Below are positions 10,388 through 21,365 of a DNA stretch of 64,000 bases, in pieces. A program made the position numbers and the translations under genes. Below the pieces are notes generated by a model that searched no databases, had not been told where the DNA came from, and was given only the letters and a program-made list of their open reading frames with translations. The stretch's first letter is position 1, and each line of letters starts with the position of its first letter. Where the stretch lies: the IMG/VR virus record IMGVR_UViG_3300029860_000005, positions 1,390 through 65,389 of that record. One strand, 5' to 3'. The DNA is from a virus.

Positions 10388-11495
10388 AACATTCCGCCAA
10401 AGTGCAGTCGGTAATGTTCTTATCATCACGGAATCCTTTAAAAAATCCATGTCTTAAAGTGTGGTCTTTGCTATTTTTTTCCATACACTGTATGGCAACT
10501 ACTCGATTAAGGTATTTTTCAGGTTCTTTAGCAAAAGCTTCTTTAAGTTCATCGGTTAATCCAGAGGATACCGTTCCAATTTCAATAAGATTTCCTTTAT
10601 CATCATAGGCGCCTAACTTCATAGATGTCTTCCATCCATAATAATAGCCTTTGGTAATTGGTTGCCAATCAGTATCGCCATATTGGCAAACATGCAACTG
10701 AATAGTAGTACCATCATCTAAAACTTTTTCCCAATAAGGCCAAGTCGTGATTTCTTTACCATCATAATATTTAGTTGCATCTTCAAATCCAATACAAATA
10801 CAATCAACATAGTCCATTTTTTTAATTTTAATAGAAGACCATGCCGGTCGTTTATCTGGAACATACGGAGCATCTTTTTTCTTCAAAACTGCGCCTTCTT
10901 CACCCGCCGTAAGAGCGGCCGCAGTAAACTCTTGAATATTATCAAGAACTGCATCTGCAAGTTCCATATAAGAATATTGACTTAAATTAAATTTATCCCA
11001 AATGGCTTTTAATACCTGATAACGTGTCCAAGCACCCTCATTTTGAATATTAATTCCATTATATTTAATAACATCATGTAAATAATAATGAATTAATCCA
11101 CTGGACTGCTGACGTTTAATCGCTTCAGGTGCTAAACATCCCATAATTTTAGTCACATCTTTAGAAGTTTTACCTGGATAATAAATTTCACCTATTAAAA
11201 TAGTGCCGGAAGGTAAATCTTTGAGTGCTTCATGAATATGAGGGACATTTGCCAACTTTTCAGTTAAAATACCAGTATTTGCACTTATATTACGACTAAA
11301 TAAATAATCATAATGTTCTGTCTTTTCATACTGATACCAATATCCATCTTTTTTCAATTCAGCAAAATATTCACCGCCATTACAAACAACGGGGAAAAGA
11401 CTCTCTTTACCATCGGGCAATTTCCAAATTTTCATTGCTTGAATACAATCTGCTTCTGGAGCATACTTATCAAGCAATTCTTTAGAGAAACTCAT
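10377..11495 (-). CDS. ATP-dependent DNA ligase
   Basis: adenylation motif I 'ELKKDGYW' (KxDG), 372 aa. Confidence 0.7.
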   Translation of the reverse strand: MSFSKELLDKYAPEADCIQAMKIWKLPDGKESLFPVVCNGGEYFAELKKDGYWYQYEKTEHYDYLFSRNISANTGILTEKLANVPHIHEALKDLPSGTILIGEIYYPGKTSKDVTKIMGCLAPEAIKRQQSSGLIHYYLHDVIKYNGINIQNEGAWTRYQVLKAIWDKFNLSQYSYMELADAVLDNIQEFTAAALTAGEEGAVLKKKDAPYVPDKRPAWSSIKIKKMDYVDCICIGFEDATKYYDGKEITTWPYWEKVLDDGTTIQLHVCQYGDTDWQPITKGYYYGWKTSMKLGAYDDKGNLIEIGTVSSGLTDELKEAFAKEPEKYLNRVVAIQCMEKNSKDHTLRHGFFKGFRDDKNITDCTLAECFDK

Positions 11496-11514
11496 TGATT
11501 TATTTCCGTCCTAT

Positions 11515-11543
11515 CTTTAAATATATTATAGAAAAATTTTTTA
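11515..11543 (-). promoter_or_regulatory. sigma70-type promoter TTGATT-17-TATAAT (DNA ligase)
   Basis: by eye. Confidence 0.5.
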
Positions 11544-11586
11544 AAAAAATCAAGTAAAGGAGGATACAATCCTCCTTTATGAGATT

Positions 11587-14010
11587 TTATACCTTAGTTG
11601 CTGACTTAATCTTGCTAGACTTAATAATCTGATTACCAACAGAAATACGTCCAAGAGCAGGAATATCTTTTGCGGAAACGCAAATAGATGCTTTATCCCC
11701 TGTAATAAGTAGATTATCTTCATCAGCAATTAACGCAGTTGCGGTCAATGGACCGGTAGACCCACTCGTTTTATATATATTAAGTCCTTTACCACCACGT
11801 TTTTGTAAAGTCAATTCATTTAAAGATAATTTCTTTCCTAAGCCGTTTTCGCTAAATACCGCTATAGAATCAGTATCATGTCGAATTGGCATAGTAGAAA
11901 TTACTTCATCACCTTCGTTAAGATTAATACCTTTAACTCCAGCAGTAGCACGAGAGGTCGCAGTAATGTCTGTAGAATTAAATTTAATTCCCATGCCATT
12001 TTTAGTTGTTAATACAATAGGCTCATCTTTAATTAAACATACAGATGCTAAACTATCACCTTCGCGCAAACTAATTGCGACAATACCGGTCTTTTTCTTT
12101 GTATTAATATACTCTTCCAAAGCAGTCTTCTTTACAAGTCCATTCTTAGTAGTAAATAATACATATTTGGCATCAGTGTCTCTATAAATTGAATACATTG
12201 TCTCAGGATTCTCGTCAGGAGCCATATTTACAAGACTTTTAATAGATTGGCCTTGTGAACTATTTGTTCCTACTGGAATATTGTCAACTAAAAGGCGATA
12301 CATTACACCTTTATTTGAGAAAATCATTAGAGAATCAATGGTATTAGTTCTTAAAACACAAGAGGTAATATCTTCTTGAGATTTAATACCTTTACCATTT
12401 TTCTTTTGCGTGCGATAAGAAGCTGTCGGAATACGCTTAATTGTTCCGCCCTCAGTCATTACAACAACACACTTCTCAGGTTCAACATACTCAATTTCTT
12501 TATCTTCTTTTTCTACTGGAGCTTGAATGATTTTAGTAATACGCGCATCACCATAAGTATTTTTAATAGTAATGAAAATCTTTTCAAGTTCATCAGTGGG
12601 GTCTTTAAGAATTAAAGCTAAACGCTCACTCTCTTTAATTAAATTATCTCTTTCCTCTTGGATTTCAACTTTTTCTAAACGAGCTAATCTACTTAATTTA
12701 ATATCAAGAATTGCTTTAGCTTGGTCTTCATCTAACTTATATTGAGTCATTAAAGCTTGACGAGCAACAACCGCACTTTCGCTCTTTTTAATAAGAGCAA
12801 TTACATTATCAATATCTTCAAGTGCTTTAAGAATACCATTTAAAATATGAATACGAGCTTGTGCTTTATCATATTCATATTTTGTTTTTCTTAATATTAC
12901 ATCTTTTTGATGACTAATATAAATTTCAATAAGTTGTTTAAGATTTAAAAGTTTTGGTTTCTTATTAACAAGAGCAACCTGATTAAAACTATATGTTTCT
13001 TCAAGACGAGATAACTTATAAAGTTTAGAAATAATAGGCTGAGCACTAACACCTTTATCCAGTTCAATTACAAAACGCACTCCATCCTTAGTGCTTTCAT
13101 CTCTAATGGCAACAATACCATTTAGTTTACCTTCTTCACAAAGTTTATCAATTTCTTCGCAAAGTGTGTCCTTTGAAACTTTATAAGGAATAGTAGTAAA
13201 TACAATTAAATCATGCGTTTTCTCATGCTCGATGATATAATCAGCTCTCATGCGAGCACGACCCTTACCAGTCAAATAAGCAGTTTTTAATTCATCTTTA
13301 TTAATAACAGTTCCACCAGTAGGAAAATCAGGGCCTTGGACAAATTGAAGCAAATCTTCAACTTTACACTCGCTATTGCGCAAAGTGTAAATAATTGCAT
13401 CCATAATTTCAGTTAAATTATGTGGAGCAAAAGAACAAGCCATGGCAACTGCAATACCAGTAGTGCCATTTACAAGAAGGTGCGGAATTCGGCCCGGCAA
13501 ATACACTGGTTCATTTTCAACATCAGTATAAGCTAATTGCCAATCGCAAGTATTCTTTTTAATGTCAGCAAGCATTTCTTCGCCAATTTTAGATAACTTA
13601 CATTCAGTATAACGATATGCTGCTGGCTCTCCACCATCACGACTACCATTATTGCCATGGAATGAAATTAACGGATAACGCATCGTCCAAGGTTGGCTTA
13701 AAATACATAAAGCTCCATAAATAGAGCTATCACCATGAGGATGAAAACGGCCCATGGCATCACCAACTGGCTGAGCGCACTTAACAAACTTTTTATTATT
13801 AAAGTATCCCTTATCAAACATATCATAAAGAATACGTCTTGCAACTGGTTTTAATCCATCTTCCGCAGATGGAATTGCTCTATCAGTTATTACACTTAAA
13901 GAGTAATCCAGGAAGGATTGCTCCACTTCATTAACTATTGGAGTTTTTAGAATCTCTCCCATATTTTTTAAGGACCTCCTCAGCTGTAATTTTTCCAGTA
14001 GCAAGACCAT
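11587..14010 (-). CDS. type II DNA topoisomerase subunit A (GyrA/ParC-like)
   Basis: 807 aa, breakage-reunion domain features, located next to the GyrB-like gene. Confidence 0.75.
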   Translation of the reverse strand: MVLLLEKLQLRRSLKNMGEILKTPIVNEVEQSFLDYSLSVITDRAIPSAEDGLKPVARRILYDMFDKGYFNNKKFVKCAQPVGDAMGRFHPHGDSSIYGALCILSQPWTMRYPLISFHGNNGSRDGGEPAAYRYTECKLSKIGEEMLADIKKNTCDWQLAYTDVENEPVYLPGRIPHLLVNGTTGIAVAMACSFAPHNLTEIMDAIIYTLRNSECKVEDLLQFVQGPDFPTGGTVINKDELKTAYLTGKGRARMRADYIIEHEKTHDLIVFTTIPYKVSKDTLCEEIDKLCEEGKLNGIVAIRDESTKDGVRFVIELDKGVSAQPIISKLYKLSRLEETYSFNQVALVNKKPKLLNLKQLIEIYISHQKDVILRKTKYEYDKAQARIHILNGILKALEDIDNVIALIKKSESAVVARQALMTQYKLDEDQAKAILDIKLSRLARLEKVEIQEERDNLIKESERLALILKDPTDELEKIFITIKNTYGDARITKIIQAPVEKEDKEIEYVEPEKCVVVMTEGGTIKRIPTASYRTQKKNGKGIKSQEDITSCVLRTNTIDSLMIFSNKGVMYRLLVDNIPVGTNSSQGQSIKSLVNMAPDENPETMYSIYRDTDAKYVLFTTKNGLVKKTALEEYINTKKKTGIVAISLREGDSLASVCLIKDEPIVLTTKNGMGIKFNSTDITATSRATAGVKGINLNEGDEVISTMPIRHDTDSIAVFSENGLGKKLSLNELTLQKRGGKGLNIYKTSGSTGPLTATALIADEDNLLITGDKASICVSAKDIPALGRISVGNQIIKSSKIKSATKV

Positions 14011-14455
14011 CAGCTAACTCATTCCACAAATGGCCATCATGCCCGGAAATTTTTCTTAAATCAATTTTGACTTTTTTTTCTGTTTCATAATAATCTTTAA
14101 TTAAATCAAGATTTTCTGGAACTTTTTTATTGGATTTAATCCAATTATTGCGCTCCCATCCATACATCCAATTGGTAAAAGTATTTACACAATAGGCTGA
14201 ATCACTATATACAGTAGGAATATCATTAGTCCATTCTCCATTGTCATGCTTGCCATATTTTTTCAATACATGAAGAATAGCTTTAATTTCTTCGCGGTTA
14301 TTGGTAGTATCTTCAAAAGCGTTTATTTGACAAGCATCAATTACAACACCGTTCTCAGGATTGCTATCATATTCAATAACAACAAATCCATAACCACCGC
14401 TATTATTTATTTTACCGTTTCCACGACAAGATCCATCAGTATAAATCGCAATCAT
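13931..14455 (-). CDS. ribonuclease H (RNase HI-like)
   Basis: 'MIAIYTDGSCRGNG' N-terminal RNase H motif. Confidence 0.65.
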   Translation of the reverse strand: MIAIYTDGSCRGNGKINNSGGYGFVVIEYDSNPENGVVIDACQINAFEDTTNNREEIKAILHVLKKYGKHDNGEWTNDIPTVYSDSAYCVNTFTNWMYGWERNNWIKSNKKVPENLDLIKDYYETEKKVKIDLRKISGHDGHLWNELADGLATGKITAEEVLKKYGRDSKNSNS

Positions 14456-14747
14456 GTGATGGCCTCCCTAAAAATTCATTTTCTCCACAATCAATATGAA
14501 AAGAAGTATTAGTAAAAATAGTAATTTTATCAATAAAATAATCATTAATAATATTTACTTTGTTATCTGGAAATAACTTTTGTAATTGCTCGTGGAGGTC
14601 TCTACAAGTAATTATATCAATATCTTTATTAACATGAGCTAAAATAACATCATCTTTACGAATAGGAATTATTTCAATAGGGGTTCCTTTATAATTACTT
14701 ACATATCCCTTATCAGTTTTATACATCAATATTGGCCCTTTCTGCAT
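14436..14747 (-). CDS. hypothetical protein
   Basis: 103-aa ORF. Confidence 0.3.
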   Translation of the reverse strand: MQKGPILMYKTDKGYVSNYKGTPIEIIPIRKDDVILAHVNKDIDIITCRDLHEQLQKLFPDNKVNIINDYFIDKITIFTNTSFHIDCGENEFLGRPSHDCDLY

Positions 14748-16629
14748 TTAACTCAATGAAAGATTTACGAGGGCCGACTGATTCACCCATCAAATCCATA
14801 AATGTTTTATTTACAAGATTCATATCATCCATTGTAATCTGTTTTAAAGTGCGAGTTTCTGGATTCATAACCAATTCCATTTCATGAGTGTCCATTTCTC
14901 CAAGACCCTTCATTCGGCCCAACTCAAAAGATCGGTTCATAGTTTTTCTGAATGTTTCAAGAGCAGCGTCATCTTTAAGATATTTAATATTTGTGCCCCA
15001 AGTTGCTTTATAAAGAGGTGGAACTGCCGCATAAATATAACCTTTTTCAATTAATTCAGGTGCAAATTTCCAGATAAATGTAAGAAATAAAATACGAATA
15101 TGGCTACCATCAACATCAGCATCCGCTGTGATAATAATCTTACCATAACGTAATTTAGATTCATCTACAATTACTTTACCATCTTTAACCTCAAGACCAA
15201 AAGCATCAATCATCGCACTAATTTCTTTATTTCCTAATGCTTTATGCAAATCTGTTTTTAAAGTATTAAGAATTTTACCTCTTACAGGCAAAACTGCTTG
15301 CGTATTGCGATTACGAGCTTCTTTAGTAGGACCTTCTGCGGAACGACCTTCAACAATAAAAATTTCACATTCGCTTCTATTTTTACTATTGGCATCGCTT
15401 AATGTGCCGGGTAAAATAGTTCTTTTCTTCGTATCAACTTTACGAACAGTTTCTTTAGCCTTTTTCGCTTTTTCACGGGCCGCGCGTGCCAACATTGCCT
15501 TGTCTACAATAGCTTTAGCATCTTTTGGATTATTGTCAAGCCAAACTTTTAAATCTTTTGAGACAAGGCGTTGAACAATAGTTCTTGCTTCACTACTGGA
15601 TAAAACATCTTTGGTTTGACCAGAGAAAACTGGATCAGGCATAATAAATGAAAGAACAATACTTAATCCTTCTTTAAGTTCTTCACCAGTGATATTAGCA
15701 TCTTTCTCTTTTAAAAGACCTTTATCACGAGCATATTCATTAATAGAAGTAGTAAGTGCTGTTCTAAAACCGGTCAGATGTGTTCCACCACTATTAGGAA
15801 TTGAATTAGTATAAAGTTTATAAGTGTCGCTATAAGTATCATTATACTCCATAGCAATTTTTACACCAATTCTATCTTCAATATTTTCAGTATAAAAAAT
15901 TGAAGTAAGAGAAGTTTTATTGCTATTTAAATCTTTAATATAATCAAGAATACCATTTTTTGAAGTAATCTCTTCTTCTGGTTTATCAAGATAAGTAAAA
16001 TGAAATACCATACCAGGAGAAAGATAAGCTAATTCTTGAATTTGTTTTCTTAAAGCATCATAATCAAGAAGAATACCTTCTTTAAAGATACTTTCATCTG
16101 GCAAAAATTTAACCCAAGTTCCAGTCTCTTTACCAGCCCATTTTTCTTCTTGATAATCTTTTAATTTTCCTTTTTCAAAAGACGCAACAGCGTGTTTACC
16201 ATCACGGAAAGATGCTACTTGAAAATATCGAGAAAGAGCATTAGTGGCTTTGGCACCAACGCCGTTCATACCACCAGATGTATTATATCCAGTTTTTCCA
16301 TTGCTATCAAATTTTGCACCAGTATGAAGTTTAGTATAAATATTTACCAATGTTTCACTACCGTCTTTAGCTTTTCCAAAAGGAACACCACGTCCATTAT
16401 CGCGGATTTCAACATAACCATCTTTAGATACTGAAATATCGCAACGAGTACAATGACCATTTAAATATTCATCGACAGCATTTGAAATAATTTCAAGAGT
16501 AATATGCTTAACTCCATCGGGTCCAGTAGAACCAATATACATACCTGGTCTAAGGCGAATTGCTTCTATACCTTCAAGAGTTTTAATATCTTTTACTCCA
16601 TAAGAATCTAAATTAATTGTCGTTGCCAT
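14719..16629 (-). CDS. type II DNA topoisomerase subunit B (GyrB-like ATPase + TOPRIM)
   Basis: 'GLEAIRLRPGMYIGST', GHKL ATPase and 'EGRSAEG' TOPRIM-like motifs. Confidence 0.8.
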   Translation of the reverse strand: MATTINLDSYGVKDIKTLEGIEAIRLRPGMYIGSTGPDGVKHITLEIISNAVDEYLNGHCTRCDISVSKDGYVEIRDNGRGVPFGKAKDGSETLVNIYTKLHTGAKFDSNGKTGYNTSGGMNGVGAKATNALSRYFQVASFRDGKHAVASFEKGKLKDYQEEKWAGKETGTWVKFLPDESIFKEGILLDYDALRKQIQELAYLSPGMVFHFTYLDKPEEEITSKNGILDYIKDLNSNKTSLTSIFYTENIEDRIGVKIAMEYNDTYSDTYKLYTNSIPNSGGTHLTGFRTALTTSINEYARDKGLLKEKDANITGEELKEGLSIVLSFIMPDPVFSGQTKDVLSSSEARTIVQRLVSKDLKVWLDNNPKDAKAIVDKAMLARAAREKAKKAKETVRKVDTKKRTILPGTLSDANSKNRSECEIFIVEGRSAEGPTKEARNRNTQAVLPVRGKILNTLKTDLHKALGNKEISAMIDAFGLEVKDGKVIVDESKLRYGKIIITADADVDGSHIRILFLTFIWKFAPELIEKGYIYAAVPPLYKATWGTNIKYLKDDAALETFRKTMNRSFELGRMKGLGEMDTHEMELVMNPETRTLKQITMDDMNLVNKTFMDLMGESVGPRKSFIELNAERANIDV

Positions 16630-17302
16630 TAGATTCCTCCTTAACTTTAGGAATAATTTGATTCAATTTATGACCATAAATTGAATCATTAGCTAATTCT
16701 TCTAAATATTGTTTATTATTAACTAATTCTTCAATTTGATTTAATTTATAATCATAAACTAAATCATCGTATAATTTTTTTAAATATTTTTTATTAAGTA
16801 ATTCTTCAATAGGAGTTCCATTTTTCCATTTAAGAAAAATTACATTAACAAAAGACTTAACAACTGGATGCATTAAAACCTCTTCACGCTTTTTAAGCCA
16901 CCAATTTAATTCACTTTCTGCATTGAATTTATCTTTCATATAGGCGGCTCCCGCACCCAAATAATCACAAAGAAGCTCAACGGTATCTTTATAGGGCATT
17001 AATAGTGCTTTTGGATGGCCTACTCCACCATCTTTAATATCATCAATCCAATACTCCCAATGATGAGTATTGTGGCCTTTATGATGTTGCCATGCTTTAC
17101 TAAACCCATTAACATCTTTACAATTATCAATTGGAGAACGATTACCGGTCCAATAATGAGCGGATTCAATGAATTCAATAGGAGTAAACTTGGATAAATC
17201 ATGCTTAATACCGCGCCAAGGAATACCAGCCATTTTACAATATTTAAATACATACTTTTTATGTGTTAAAACAGTATTTAAATGATTAATATAATTACTC
17301 AT
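16613..17302 (-). CDS. hypothetical protein (His-rich)
   Basis: 229-aa ORF. Confidence 0.3.
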   Translation of the reverse strand: MSNYINHLNTVLTHKKYVFKYCKMAGIPWRGIKHDLSKFTPIEFIESAHYWTGNRSPIDNCKDVNGFSKAWQHHKGHNTHHWEYWIDDIKDGGVGHPKALLMPYKDTVELLCDYLGAGAAYMKDKFNAESELNWWLKKREEVLMHPVVKSFVNVIFLKWKNGTPIEELLNKKYLKKLYDDLVYDYKLNQIEELVNNKQYLEELANDSIYGHKLNQIIPKVKEESNGNDN

Positions 17303-17342
17303 ATTTTTTCTCCAATAACATATTTCTTTATTTTATAAATAT

Positions 17343-17371
17343 ATTATAACAAAAATATTTTGGAAAGTCAA
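17343..17371 (-). promoter_or_regulatory. sigma70-type promoter TTGACT-17-TATAAT
   Basis: by eye. Confidence 0.5.
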
Positions 17372-17405
17372 AAAATCGTGGCTTAAAATGCCGATTTAAA
17401 TAAAA

Positions 17406-17434
17406 CTTGACAGAGATAAAAAATTTTTGTATAA
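17406..17434 (+). promoter_or_regulatory. plus-strand TTGACA-17-TATAAT consensus promoter pointing at the bidirectional terminator 17463..17510
   Basis: ttgaca gagataaaaaatttttg tataat on plus. Confidence 0.4.
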
Positions 17435-17462
17435 TATATTTAAGAGAAGCGCCCAGAGATAT

Positions 17463-17510
17463 AAATAAAAAAATTGGATAGTATATTTTATATACTATCC
17501 AATTTTATAT
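17463..17510. terminator. bidirectional hairpin terminator (AAATTGGATAGTATA/TATACTATCCAATTT) flanked by A/T runs
   Basis: 15-bp perfect inverted repeat. Confidence 0.5.
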
Positions 17511-17905
17511 TAAATACCATAATCAGTATTTATAGGATCACTATTATCGCTATAATCGTCTTCAGTATAATAACTCATAGAGGTAGTTTCAGTATTATCT
17601 ACTGTTGGTGTATTATTTAATTCTTCTTTATAATTATTATAAGCTTCATCAAGCTCTTTCATAACTGAAGCATATTTAATGCCATCTTTAGTATTTTCAG
17701 CCATTGATTTTTTATAATAGTATACTTGGCTCACGCCATATGCCGCCCAAGGAAGACTTGCGCTTGCGGTAAGCCAGGGTAAAGAACCCATATATCCATT
17801 ATAAATACAATAAAATGCTAAAACAATATATGCTAATGTTGAAATCCAAATTAAAGCAGATTCTTGAATTAACAGAGTTTTAGAAAATTCTCTTTTTTGT
17901 TTCAT
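17510..17905 (-). CDS. membrane protein
   Basis: two predicted TM helices; precedes the lysis genes. Confidence 0.4.
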   Translation of the reverse strand: MKQKREFSKTLLIQESALIWISTLAYIVLAFYCIYNGYMGSLPWLTASASLPWAAYGVSQVYYYKKSMAENTKDGIKYASVMKELDEAYNNYKEELNNTPTVDNTETTSMSYYTEDDYSDNSDPINTDYGI

Positions 17906-17906
17906 A

Positions 17907-18125
17907 TTACACCAATCCTTTATCTTTCATAATTCTATAAAGAACTACAATCATTTCTTCACGAGTCATAAATTTTTTATACATTTTACGATTTAAATTA
18001 TCGCCTTTAATATATCCTTTACTTTCAGCCCACGTTCTTTCCGTATCAGACCAAGAACTTGCATTTTTTTCGGCTTGTTGATTTAAATAAACTTCCATCA
18101 TTTCATTAAATTTATCCTGAGTCAT
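17907..18125 (-). CDS. hypothetical protein
   Basis: 72-aa ORF. Confidence 0.3.
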   Translation of the reverse strand: MTQDKFNEMMEVYLNQQAEKNASSWSDTERTWAESKGYIKGDNLNRKMYKKFMTREEMIVVLYRIMKDKGLV

Positions 18126-18305
18126 ATCTTCATCCTCCTCATTAATATTTATATTATCACCGATTTTTTGTTTAAATAACTACCATTGGTAATCGCCACT
18201 TGTTTTATAATAACTATTCATGTCAGTTCCGCATAATGGACGAGGGCATAATTTACCAGTTACATCATAGTGGCGAATAACGTGGTTCGCAGGTATATTG
18301 TATTT

Positions 18306-18746
18306 CTACATTAATTGTTTTACCAATTGTACTGTATTTTCTAATGCTCTTGGATCAAAATACCAATCAGTATCACCGGCTATAATATTAGATTTATTTA
18401 TTTTACAGGGTCTTACTTCAATTCCAATAGAATTAGCATTTCTACATTCAGGATGTTTATACCCTTTTCTTGTGCCACAGTGCCAAGCGATATCTTCATC
18501 TTTAACACTACGATAAATAATATCTTTTTCATCAACACAATAATGGGCTGATGATTTAGCGACAGGGTTTTTGAAATAATTACTAATATTTTTCGCTGTC
18601 CCTAAAGAACCAAAATAATGTATTACAATATATTTTATTTTTCTATTATTGCCTTTTTGATAATTAGATGTTGTTAAATTATCTACAATTTTCATATCTT
18701 CACCTTTTCCTATAAATTGATCATATATTTCAACTCCATAATACAA
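18306..18746 (-). CDS. N-acetylmuramoyl-L-alanine amidase (Amidase_2/PGRP-type endolysin domain)
   Basis: 'IVIHYFGS...SAHYCVD...IAWHCG' zinc-amidase motifs. Confidence 0.6.
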   Translation of the reverse strand: MYYGVEIYDQFIGKGEDMKIVDNLTTSNYQKGNNRKIKYIVIHYFGSLGTAKNISNYFKNPVAKSSAHYCVDEKDIIYRSVKDEDIAWHCGTRKGYKHPECRNANSIGIEVRPCKINKSNIIAGDTDWYFDPRALENTVQLVKQLM

Positions 18747-19208
18747 TCTCTACTATTGGATTTTTAAACTCTAATCTTTTGGTCGTTCAAACTATGTTAA
18801 AACTATATTTGAAGCAGTCTATATATCTTTACAATTTATTAAAGTATTCCAAACGGTAGGATAATATGTAGAAAGTTGATAAATTAAAAATTCAAGTTGT
18901 GTATTTAAGTTTCCTATTGAAGTATTCTTCTTTTTTGTAAAATCATATAACTGTTTTTTAAGGCTCCAATAGGTCCATTGAGCTAAGCCATATCCAGCTT
19001 TATCATAAATAAAATTAGTATATTTACCATTATCTACTTGTTTTGTATACTATTCATCATTTAATCCAAGTGTTTTTTCAAAACTATTTTGAAGATTTTT
19101 TGGATTAAAATTTGATTCAGCTTTTAGGTTTCCCATTAGCCCGGCCGTTCCATAAGGGTTTTTTATTTGTTTATACAAATAATTCCAAGCTATTTCAATG
19201 TTAGTCAT
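18747..19208 (-). CDS. phage lysozyme-like domain (GNLKAESNFNP motif), interrupted by several TAG including a TAG-TAG pair; may be fused to the downstream amidase
   Basis: Minus-strand frame from ATG 19208 reads 'MTNIEIAWNYLYKQIKNPYGTAGLMGNLKAESNFNP...' broken only by TAG. Confidence 0.4.
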
Positions 19209-19225
19209 ATTATCCTCCTTTCTAT

Positions 19226-19262
19226 AAAATAAAAAAGAAAGAGAAGAAATAAATCTTCTCTT
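19226..19262 (-). terminator. rho-independent terminator after PhoH gene
   Basis: AAGAAAGAGAAGA...TCTTCTCTTTCTT + T-run. Confidence 0.45.
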
Positions 19263-19270
19263 TCTTATAA

Positions 19271-20533
19271 TTACATATGTTCAGCTAATGCCGCAATTTT
19301 AGAACGATGAATTTGTTTTAATTCAATTTCACCATATACATCTGATCCTCTAAATACTTTAGAAGCACGACGCATACCATTATTGGCTCCAGCAAAAGCA
19401 ATATCATCAACTTGAGTTTTATCATCGCCATCAATGATACAAATACCATCTTCACCGATACGTTGTAAAGTCAATTTCATAAGCGAAATATCCATATTTT
19501 GCGCTTCGGAGATATAAATACCTGCTTTCATTCCAGTAGTATCATAACCACGAATATCACTTAATGGTAAAAGAACTAATTGCTCGTTTTCAATCATGCG
19601 CTCTACAGTTAAACGACCACCAAATTTACTAATTAAAAGATTGCCGATTTGGCTATCAAGTAATTTTTCATCTCGAGTGCCAGGATAAAAACCTAATTTT
19701 GCAGAATTTTTAGTGGCAATTGTATTACAAAATACAATAATTTTATCAATACGTCCACGTTCAAATTGATTCATTAAGAAAGCTAAACTTAAATAAGTTT
19801 TACCTGAACCCGCAGGGCCACGAACCATAGTAATAGTATTATTAATAAGACTATCTGCGAATAAAGCTTGATAAGGGTCATCTTTCATAGGTTTTACTTT
19901 TCCAAATTGAGCAGAATCAAAATTACCAAATGAAATAGGACGATAACCATCACCAGTATAACATACTTTATCAACGATATTATTATCTTTATCTTTTATA
20001 ATTAAATATTCATTAATATGTAAATTATAAACATTTTCATATTGGTTAGAATAGAAATCAGCCATTTCCGCATTTGACATTGTAATTTCTACATATCCCT
20101 TATATTCATCAATTAATTCTTCATCTATGCTTTGGATATGATCTTTGTCAAAGAAAAGATTTGCCATCGCTTTTAATGATAAATCATTAGTGATAAATAT
20201 AGTATTTGGATGAGCTAATTTAAATTCAATTGCGGTAGATAAAATTTTACTATCATCAGTAATTGGAAGGTTAGAATCTTCAATTATTTTTAATCCATCT
20301 AATTTAAATAGTTGGATAATATAATTATCAGGGTTTTCATTCAATTTATGTAATACTTTACGAGCTGAATATTTAACATCAGCATCTTTATTTGAGGATG
20401 TTTTTATATTTTCTAATTCTTTTAAAGTAATAGAAGATATAACAGGTGTATATTCTTCCTCTTGGAGAAATGTATCAACCGCCATCAGCAAACTACAAGT
20501 ATCATAAAATTTATACATCTTCGTACTCATCAT
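19271..20533 (-). CDS. PhoH-like ATPase with N-terminal PIN-like domain
   Basis: Walker A 'GPAGSGKT', 420 aa. Confidence 0.7.
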   Translation of the reverse strand: MMSTKMYKFYDTCSLLMAVDTFLQEEEYTPVISSITLKELENIKTSSNKDADVKYSARKVLHKLNENPDNYIIQLFKLDGLKIIEDSNLPITDDSKILSTAIEFKLAHPNTIFITNDLSLKAMANLFFDKDHIQSIDEELIDEYKGYVEITMSNAEMADFYSNQYENVYNLHINEYLIIKDKDNNIVDKVCYTGDGYRPISFGNFDSAQFGKVKPMKDDPYQALFADSLINNTITMVRGPAGSGKTYLSLAFLMNQFERGRIDKIIVFCNTIATKNSAKLGFYPGTRDEKLLDSQIGNLLISKFGGRLTVERMIENEQLVLLPLSDIRGYDTTGMKAGIYISEAQNMDISLMKLTLQRIGEDGICIIDGDDKTQVDDIAFAGANNGMRRASKVFRGSDVYGEIELKQIHRSKIAALAEHM

Positions 20534-20825
20534 CTTCTTTCTCTTCTATGTTTGGTATAGCAAATCCGACTGCGTGAACTGAAGTCTTTGTATCGGTTGC
20601 TAATTTTTCGATTTGGGAATTATACTCTGCTATTTTTAGAGTTAATTTTCCCTTTACCAATTCGAGAAAAGTTGTCAATAAACTAACTAAACTATCTCCT
20701 ATTGGGTATAAAAATGCGATAAATATTATTCCGAATATAAATGTTAAAATAAATATTCACCCTTTCATTAGGGATTTGAAGATTTTTACCTCTTAACATT
20801 TATAAAAATTTATATATTTTTATTT

Positions 20826-21263
20826 TTAATTCTTGGCCTCATTACGATGTTTACGAATATTCTGGTAAAATTTATCTTTTTCTTTTATGATATAATTTAA
20901 TTCGTCTTTAGCATTTTTAATAGAGTCATTTACATAACTAATATCTTCTTGTCTTTGGCGGATTTGTCGTTGAAGCATTTTATTTTCATAGGATTTAGGA
21001 TTAAAATATTTGCTTCTATTCATTGAATAATATAATTGATTTAAAGCTCCAAGTTGAATTTTTAATTCTTTTTTATATGCTTGTAAAACTTTAATATAAG
21101 CTCGTTTATAAGCAAAATTACATCCAGTTTTTTCATTTGCCATATCCATATCATCAGGATGACATTTAGCGATACCATAAATAATATTACCATCTTTATC
21201 TTCAATTAAACAAGAAGCTTCGCCTGATTCAGGATTATAACTAAATAAAGGTTCTTTTTTCAA
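20826..21263 (-). CDS. hypothetical protein
   Basis: 145-aa ORF. Confidence 0.3.
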   Translation of the reverse strand: MKKEPLFSYNPESGEASCLIEDKDGNIIYGIAKCHPDDMDMANEKTGCNFAYKRAYIKVLQAYKKELKIQLGALNQLYYSMNRSKYFNPKSYENKMLQRQIRQRQEDISYVNDSIKNAKDELNYIIKEKDKFYQNIRKHRNEAKN

Positions 21264-21324
21264 AGTAATAGAACTCCTTTCTATCTATTTCTATAAATAT
21301 ATTAACATAAAAATTATTAAAAAG

Positions 21325-21365
21325 CAAAAAAATAAAGGCGAAAGTATTATACTTTCGCCTTTATT
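21325..21365 (-). terminator. rho-independent terminator after radical SAM gene
   Basis: AAAGGCGAAAGTAT/ATACTTTCGCCTTT + T-run. Confidence 0.5.
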
